From Eledone cirrhosa (taxonomy: Eukaryota), in NCBI GenBank assembly GCA_964016885.1, contig OZ024742.1:280488001-280552000 (forward strand): 64,000 bases of DNA, in the 5' to 3' direction. Under the pieces are notes generated by a model. That model ran no database searches. It had not been told where the DNA came from and was given only the letters and a program-made list of their open reading frames with translations. Below, piece by piece: positions 53,901 to 64,000 of this stretch. Positions within the stretch are counted from its first letter, which is position 1; each line of letters starts with the position of its first letter. The translations under genes and the position numbers were made by a program.

Positions 53901-54529
53901 TATATCTATTTTGTTAATATTTTGAATTAATATTAATAACTCTGGAAAACCTTTTACTGTTGAGTGCTTCCAATCTATTGTAAAACTCATTCTTTGATGT
54001 ATTCATTGAACTTTGTTTAACTTTTAAATATATATATATTTTTTTTTTAAATTAAAATAGATTAAATTTTAAGCAAATAATCACTGCTTTCACCCTTAAC
54101 GGGATCTTCTGAAATTAAAAAAGTCAATCTGTGAACGCAGAAGTAAATATTTCAAAAAACTTTGCAACCGAAGGAAGACAGGAAGACGATACTTTGGTTC
54201 GTGGAAACGTTCCATGGCAAAGAACGGGAAAAAAACGAAGATAATACGTCATTATTTGGAGCGTAGAAAAACAATTACACGCGAAGACAAAACCACGTTT
54301 ATGGTATAACTGAAGTCGTAGACTAAAATTCTAACAGAGAAGCCGAATGATTCTCGGCTTCAGAGTTAAGAATAAAGTAAATAAAATAGAGAGGTAATTG
54401 AAATTAAATAAATACATACACGCATCCATATACGTACATTCACAAGCATACGCGAACACACTCGACATAGATATACAGATACAAGCACGTACACAAAAAA
54501 ACCACACGCTCAAAGATATATATTTAAAA

Positions 54530-54560
<31 letters not shown>

Positions 54561-54950
54561 CATGTATACATATAATTAAATAAACGTATATAAATAAATA
54601 AATTCGTATATAACGCCACACACACATACCTACATGTAAATACACATATGTTAGGAGACTTACGTCAACCAAAACACAAAGTACACATATACACACACCA
54701 TATATACGCCCGAACCCGCATACTCACACAAACGCAAAACACGCGTATACGCATAATCAAATGCATATGTACCAGAATATATAAAATATACGCCATAACA
54801 TATACAATCAAATATACGTACGCGAAAGTATACGTACCTTCACAAAACATACAGGTATTATATACTTACCTATACAAATAAGTAATGGTATAAACATAAC
54901 ATATTCTTAGCTACCACATCAAAACGTAAAATATCCACGTATAGTTCGTA

Positions 54951-55345
54951 CTATCCGTTAGGGTATAATGTGGGGCTGTAATAAAGGAAAGTTTTGTGCA
55001 ATTTATGTTTACAAGCCGAAATTGCCTCAGATTTTTTGTTTAAGATGTGGTCTTTGGCGTAGAGTATTTCCAGGGCCTCAGCGGCGCAGAGGTCACAAGG
55101 TCTTTTATTACCGTTATACGATCTAGCCCCAGCTAGGATCTCCCAGTGTAACTTACATTGGGTGTGGTTGTCTTTTAGACTCCAGATATAAGCTGAAAGT
55201 GACGACATATTCCTTCTTAAAGGCTTACGAAAAGAATGTAAAGACGCTGCTTGAATGTATTGGCGGTTAACCCTATGTAGTGGTTTGTTATTTAACCTGA
55301 TTGTATTTTCGATGTTATGGTGGCTTATGTGGCTTTGTCCCCTTT
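54951..55345 (-). mobile_element. PLE GIY-YIG fragment
   Basis: HYIGLTANTF, SSLSAYIWSLKD, LHWEIL, PCDLCAAE, ILNKKSEAISACKH. Confidence 0.8.
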
Positions 55346-55721
55346 GTGCCCTTTGTCACGCTATTTAACGTATGTTTATTAATCTAATATGTCACTTATC
55401 GATTTATCGATAGACTCTTATTGAGTGATTCGTGCTAGGTCCAAATTGTTTTTTCGCGGATTTTGGCCGATCGCCACAACTTCGATTTTACGAACCTTCC
55501 ACTCTTAAATATATATATATATTCGGAGAACATCCAGGAAAAAAACAATTTGGAGCTTCCACGAATCACTCAATAAGAGAGTATCGATAAATCGATATGT
55601 TACATCTTAGCTCAATCAACATACGTTAAATAGGGTGACAAATTAAAAACTTTGGAGACAAAGGGGACTAAACCACAGAAGCCACCACAACAACGAAAAT
55701 ACAATTAGGTTAAATAACAAA

Positions 55722-55724
<3 letters not shown>
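55281..55724. repeat. Inverted repeat (55281-55455 / 55537-55724) at the truncated 5' end of the PLE fragment, ending at (TA)n
   Basis: Arms such as tggtttgttatttaacct/aggttaaataacaaacca and atcgatttatcgata/tatcgataaatcgat. Confidence 0.85.
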
Positions 55725-55772
<48 letters not shown>

Positions 55773-57154
55773 GAAGTGGTTACACAACAGTGTAACTACC
55801 TAACTCGTCCCTTGGATTGAGTGCTCTACCACTACGGATGTTACCTTCCAGTGTTCCACTACTATATATATATATACAAAACCGACTTTTCTTCATTTGA
55901 GACGCTGAGAATATATGAGTATAAGAATAAAGAAAGTGCTCAAGTGTAGAAATGGTAGGAACATAGCATATAAAATAGGGTAAAGACTCCTGAATGACAT
56001 AAAATAATTTGCCAACGACAGCCATGTACCGGCTAGACACTTTAACCTTTAAGTTAAGGAGTCAATGACAAACTTCTTCCCGTCATTTTAGCTATATATA
56101 ACTGGACAACAGCTTTCAGATGTCAGCAGGCAGAAGGACTGACAGACAGACATCCGAGTATAAACAAACAATTGACGAATCCGAATTTTCGGCTTTTGAA
56201 GCGCTGAGAATATATGTATATGTATAAGTATAAAGAAGTGGCCAAGCGCGGAAATGCTATAAAGATGGAATGAAGACCCTATCTCTATATCATCTTTTAT
56301 TTTTTCATACCTATATATATAGATATATTCTCAGCGCTTCAAAAGCCAAAAATTCAGCTTCGTACAATGTTTGTTCCGTATATTTGTCTCTACCTGTTTT
56401 CTTACGCCCCGATGTACAATGGAATGAATGCTATCGCCTTAATTATCCGAAATCGTAGTGATTTCTAGAGCTTGACTGGGGATATGTCCGTCTTCCCGTT
56501 GTATTTTTCTATTGTCTTTATCCTCTGCGCTTCCTATTTTGATTATATATATTTATATATATATAAAGAAAAATGTCAAATAAAAGAACGTCCCATTATC
56601 AATAGCCAGTATTCATATATATGTTCAAACATAACTATTTTGCCTCTTTAAGAAGATACAATTATTTTGTTACACTTGCCTACATTTACATGTTGATGTG
56701 TGTACATAATGAAAAATAAAGTTCTATATAATTGGTTATTAAGACAATTATAAATGCAATCATTATCTTCCAATAATTTGGATTATTAGTTAAAATGGGG
56801 CAATTTCAAGGACATGTATTGCTAAAATGTATGCTTGGTATTCTGTATAGTGAGTGGTGCAATTAGTAGCAGCATCTTGCCTTTAGGTTATCTTTAGCGG
56901 AGTACACACTGTTCTAAACGTTCTGGAAAATATTTCCGGTTTGATTATAACTCAATATCTTTATCTCTTCCTTCCATGCATGTGTCTATGGGGCAAATGT
57001 TGTGGACACTGTCTTTCTACCAAACTTTCTACATAAGTCTTAAAAATGTGTGTGCGTATATATATATATATATATATAAGCGTATGTATATATTCTTCAA
57101 CACTAACACAGAGCTCATATATATATATACATATATATATATATGTATATATTT

Positions 57155-57765
57155 GATGGCTGCCCCATCGTTATCGAGTATGGCCATTGCATGATATAAC
57201 ATTATTAATAATTATCAATTCATGCTGTCGCGGAGTGCCTGCGCGTGAAGATTTTTTTTTTAAGTGTGGAAAGACTGTGCACTGAGCTAATCCCACTCTC
57301 CGATCGACAGTAGCTATAACCCAAAAAGAAGAAAAGATCAACATCATCGGTAACCACTGAGCCGTAACTTTTATGTCCGACTTATCACAGTTTCCTGAGT
57401 TGCCTTCTCCTAGGGAGAATGCCCTGATAAAGGCTAGGGGTCCTTCACTCACAGTGGTTTAACCGCGCGATTGGGTATCTAGCCCGATTATTTCTATGTC
57501 CCCGCGCATACTTGCATATACATATATACATACATATACATACATGCATACACATGTATATACCTATTTACACTTTTTTGGATGGCCGTTGACGTTTATG
57601 AGTTCTTCCGCCCTTTGTAAGGTTTTGTTTTTTGTCCTGCCGAGTGTCCAAATTCACCCTCCTCACCAACTAAACTTGGTGAAGTTGCCGGTTTAATCAC
57701 CGCCGACCGAACCATGCGACAGGTTGTACTGGGATACATGTTACCAGTAGCACTAAAGAGTGACC
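57155..57765 (-). mobile_element. RTE-derived non-autonomous element, older subfamily
   Basis: Colinear with 10151-10782, including the position of the internal microsatellite. Confidence 0.75.
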
Positions 57766-57894
57766 CGACATAAACATATATAGAGAGAGATGTATATACA
57801 TTACACACACGCATGCACAACTGGTTAGTCCAGATCTAGCTCTCGAAACGACCAGAGCTCAGCCGTCGGGGTCCTGACTCTTTTCCTATATATT

Positions 57895-58232
57895 TAACAG
57901 AGTCAAGATTACTCTTTGGTCACGAATAAACATGGGATTTGCACCTAGAAAGTTCCCGTGCGAGGCACAAGTGCGGACAATATTTTGTGTGGAAAACCAG
58001 CCCATGCATACCAGCTTCCCTTCCCCAAGCCACCGATGTTGTCCAGGAGGAAAGCAATGGCCGATACAGCTTGTCACCTATGACGTGGCAACTCATTTCT
58101 ACTGATGAGTAAACTGGAGCAACGCGAATGGAAGTGTCTTGCTCAAGGGCACACTGCATCACCCGGTCCGGGAAACGAACTCACAATCAATTTGCAAGTC
58201 CAATGCTCCAACCATTAAGCCATGCGACTTCA
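57895..58232 (-). mobile_element. tRNA-derived SINE with CORE-like central domain
   Basis: Minus strand: tggcttaatggttgg (A box), gagttcgtttccc (B box), gtgcccttgagcaagacactt...gctccagtttactca...aaatgag. Confidence 0.7.
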
Positions 58233-58294
58233 TGTTACACACACACATATGTATATATAGTATATATGAGGGTGTGTACATATATATATATATA

Positions 58295-58800
58295 TATAAA
58301 AATGAGGATGTCTGTCTGTGTGAGTGTAAGTTTGAATCCCTAAAACTCGAGAACCACCCAACCGACTGTTTTCAAATTTTACACATATAATACTTATGTT
58401 TCAGGGAGTGTTCTGATCAAAAAGAATTTCAAATGTTCTATGCCCTAAGGACAGCATTAGGCGATTTAACGATCTCTCTCTATAATTCTTAATCTTTCTC
58501 TTTTTAGATAGATACATGCATATAACGTCGCGACCTTATAATATCTGTCTGTTTGGTTGCATTACGTCACTTCCCTGAGGATGTGTGTGTTTGTGTGTGT
58601 GTGTGTATGTGAGTTTGAATCCCTAAAACTCGAGAAGGACCAAACCGACTTTCCTCAAACTTTACATGTGTATTACTTATATTTCAGGGAGTGTTACGCA
58701 CATAAAAAATTCAACTTTTTGATCCCCTAGGGCCCGCATTAGGTGAAAAACTGCGTTTTTTCAGGTTTTTAGGGGGTTTTTGAGTCGTTATGTCAGACTG
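58295..58800 (+). mobile_element. Helitron-like non-autonomous element with internal tandem duplication
   Basis: gtttgaatccctaaaactcgagaa...aaccgact...tttacac...tacttat.tttcagggagtgtt occurs twice (about 58305-58465 and 58577-58745). Confidence 0.55.
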
Positions 58801-58829
58801 ATTTCCTTGAAATTGTAACTATCTATTAG

Positions 58830-59400
58830 TCAATCGTTTCCGTCACGGTCGCTCCTAGTTCCCAAAGTAAAGCTATTCCTATTGCTATCTATGTTGTTAT
58901 TTATGTCTCTAACTCCGTCATTGATACTGTTATCTCTCGAGGCGTGCGGTGTTGTACCATTATTATTCCGCACGCCGCAGCCCGTTCTGCTACCGGTGGG
59001 TGACGCGTGTGGGTTGCCGGTATATTCTCCAATCACGCCCTGGTTACGTGGGTTTCGTCAGCCGGGGCGGCCATCCACCCTATTTGGTGCTGTTAGGGGT
59101 ATGTTAAGGTCATTCGTGTTGTTGTCATATCTAGATGTATCTGTGCTAAGGTGTAGTGTTTTGTTAATCTTACTGTGATTAGTTGCTCCTATGATGTCAG
59201 CTAGATTTGGGGTGGTAGAGAAGGATATTTTGATAGTGTTCCTGTTAAGTATTTTTCTGTATTTATGATTAGGTGGGAAATTCCTCTCCAAGGCTTCGAA
59301 GAATGTCTTTGGTACGTCGGAGGCCACACTCCGAGAGTAGGGGGGTGGAACCATACGATATTACGGTGGCGTTTCCGCTTTACAGTTGGTTTACTACAGG
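58830..59400 (-). mobile_element. PLE fragment (thumb/linker region)
   Basis: RNIVWFHPP / PPYSRSVASDVPKTFFEALERNFPPNHKYRKILNRNTIKISFSTTPNLADII. Confidence 0.75.
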
Positions 59401-59561
59401 TTGTGCTTCCTAGTTGACAGTACTTACGGTTGTTCCTGTGCTGTAGCCGGTTATTCGTCCCCATTACTTTATGTTCAGGTGGGGGCGCCTTACCTCTGTA
59501 CTTTCTATGTGTGGCTGGACGCGGGTTGGTGGGTGTTGGTAATAGGCCGTCGCAGTTTCTG

Positions 59562-61024
<1,463 letters not shown>

Positions 61025-61750
61025 ACTGATATTCGGAGTTGACATTAGAAAAGTGTAGATAGTAGACCCAGGTTTCCAATATTAGGGTAATATGCAAGTC
61101 GAATTTTTTTTTTTTTTAGACTTACATAATAACACTCATGGTGGACTGCAGTCCTCTGATTATTTTATAAATTGTATGATTCTTTGTCTTGCATTACCGA
61201 CTTCATAAAACATACAAATAAAATCTAATAAATAAAATAGCGGCAAAAAGCCCCCCTCTCAGATGACAAAAAAGATGCGAAATTCAAATTACATTGATTT
61301 GTTTGTATTTTTGATTATATCTTTTTGTTCTCAATGAATAAAATTATTTAAGTTTCAAGTGTTATATGAATTAATTACATTAATTGAAATAGTTATTTGT
61401 TTAATGATTATTTTGTTTTCCTTTAGTTTTTAATAAAAGTAAATATTAAGAAGCAGATCCGTCTACTGTAAGTTTCCTATGTATTTGTTTAAGCAAATTG
61501 TGTTTTAAGTAGTCATGTATAAGTGATAGTATATTAGTGTTTAATGACTGAAAAAAAATAATCGGAGTTAATTGGTACCTTAGATGTCTTGAAATGCTAA
61601 CTGTCTGTTTGTTTTACTATTCACTACCATTTTTCTCTAATGACCAACTGAATGGAAGAAACGGTGAGTTTAATAAATTTAGATTCATTACGAGAAAGAT
61701 GATAGAAATATCATTTCTATATGTATCTGATTAGGTATATATATGTGTGT

Positions 61751-61819
<69 letters not shown>

Positions 61820-61874
61820 CATATACATATATATATACATATTTATGTATATATATATATTATTATATATATAT

Positions 61875-62019
<145 letters not shown>

Positions 62020-62846
62020 CATCTATATATACATATTTATACATATATATATGTGTGTGTGTGTGTTTGTGTGTACATATGTTTATACACTCAAGTATTA
62101 AGGGCAGTATTTTAAGAGATAGTTAATACTACATAGCTATTACTATAATTTAATTTAATAATATTTCAACTGTCGGCTTCTAAAACGGCTACTGTATATA
62201 GTTTGATAGGAAGAAATGTAGGGCGGTCATCTGATTGGCAGGATATATTCGCCAAATACCTCACACGCTAGATATAAGATAACCATGTGGTTAAGAGACT
62301 CGTTTCACAATTACATGGTTCATCGTTCAATCATATAGCAAGCCTTTTTGAATATTTGATGTTAACGATAATTTATATCAACGCAAGACATTTGAAAACT
62401 GGTGGTTGGAATTTGAGTTGAGGCTCGTTGCATTGAACGTGTATATAGTCTTAAGGCATAGATGTTGGATGATTAGAATTGGGTCACTTAGTTGTGTAAT
62501 GTGGGCAGTCGCCGGCTTTGTGGAAAGGACTAAATTAGTTGATCAGTTTTAAGTGATTTTCTGCACGATGGCATTACGTTAATATCAAGCAGACTAGGAA
62601 ATGTATTTAGATTAGATGAAGGATGTCAGATTTAGGCTACTCTCCGCCAGCAAAAGCGAGAGAACTTGGGAGGTGAAAGTGACTAGAGTTGGTGGGAAAT
62701 CACTCACACGCAAGTATATATATATATATATATACAAATCTACCTACCTTTACATACACTCAATACACGCTCACGCACACGCGCATGTACACCGAGACGT
62801 ATATAAACACAAACATAAATACAAACATACACTTACATACATGCAT

Positions 62847-62898
<52 letters not shown>

Positions 62899-63169
62899 TT
62901 CAAGATGCAACCAATAATACAACCAAGATGGAATGCAGTGTGGTGGAAAGAGATAAATAAAATACTGCCCCTGCATTACATCAAAAACATAGATCATCAA
63001 TAAGTATAGCCTTGACACTGTGATAGGAAGACTCCAACATAAGAAAACACCAGCACGAGACTTCATTGTCGGTTACTGGTAAAAAGAAAATCTGACATTC
63101 TATCAGATGTATCTTATCAACTTCTACTAGCCAACTACGAAGGCAATGCAAATGTACCAGGAATGTTGA

Positions 63170-63747
63170 CATTAGCACAAACAGTATTGTCCCTCACGAA
63201 TAAAGACACCCACTTGGCAAAAAAATAACGACCCATTACATACCATAGATTTATGTATATAATATATACAGTCGGCCTGAACCTATCTCTCCAGGATCAC
63301 TGCGACAATAATAACATCATCCCAGATCTCCAAGCAGCAGAGAAAAAAAGTGTTTGAGGTGTGTTGAACAACTAATTAACAGATCCGGGATATCAGAGGT
63401 GCGATAACTTAGGCGGTATATGATTACGGTTTGGCTGGACTACAGGAAAGCATTTGATTCTCTTACCCACTCTTGGTTGATAGAGGCACTCCGAAATGCT
63501 AATGACCCAGACACAATTATCAGAGCTAAAGAGAACTTATCTTCTTTGGTTACTATATTAAAGTTAAAAACAGAGAAGGAGGACACTGTTTGCACTGATA
63601 ATATAGAATATCGCAGAATATTTCAAGGAAACAGTCCATCTCAGTGCTACTATTTATCTATCATTAAACCCCCTTGTCCTTTATCCTCAGGAAATGTGAA
63701 GGGATTGACTGACAAGAGGACATAATTACAAACCTAACTCATGACCT

Positions 63748-63765
<18 letters not shown>
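63170..63765 (+). mobile_element. Degenerate R4/Dong-like RT fragment
   Basis: RPIT, QDHCDNNNII, VWLDYRKAFDSLTHSWLIEAL, IFQGNSPS. Confidence 0.75.
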
Positions 63766-63830
<65 letters not shown>

Positions 63831-63834
<4 letters not shown>

Positions 63835-64000
63835 GTGGAACACTTGAAAGTAATATCCGTAGTGGTAGAGCACTCAGTCCAAGGGACGAGTTAGGTAGAA
63901 GTGGTTACACAACAGTTAGTTCACCATACCGAGAACAATTGTTTTACCTTAGCGGATCTTCAACTCGGAAAGATGATTCCGAGCTGAAAATCCGCTAAGG
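63831..64000. repeat. Hammerhead-bearing terminus with fold-back palindrome, abutting (TA)n; runs off the window
   Basis: Two-arm consensus CCGAG CUGAARA U CC-GCUAA-GG U (G/A)AAA CAAUUG UU CUCGG. The tail is shared with 55772-55863. Confidence 0.65.

Noticed and set aside
62430-62700. Additional degenerate PLE fragment on the minus strand
   Set aside because: Only scattered motif resemblance across frames; too decayed to support.

Overview
Eukaryotic, AT-rich, microsatellite-saturated intergenic or intronic DNA, most likely from an octopod cephalopod (inferred from the SINE families and the (TA)n/(CA)n/(CATA)n load). No host gene could be identified with confidence, and most listed ORFs are microsatellite artefacts. 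All recognisable coding capacity is transposon-derived: a near full-length Tx1/L1-type LINE, R4/Dong-type RLE LINEs (one family in (TAA)n, one in (CATA)n), degenerate RTE and CRE-like LINEs, a Chapaev3-like DNA transposon nested in a LINE, Helitron-like pieces, tRNA-derived SINEs, an RTE-derived bipartite non-autonomous element and several Penelope-like element (PLE) fragments. The most striking hidden layer is non-coding. About ten unrelated type I hammerhead-ribozyme-like (HHR) motifs are present, many next to (TA)n tracts. Several are converted into fold-back palindromes centred on or just upstream of the ribozyme, several share a downstream TTGAGTRCT motif, and one repeat carries HHR-like cores on both strands. 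All structure and family calls were made by eye and need computational confirmation.
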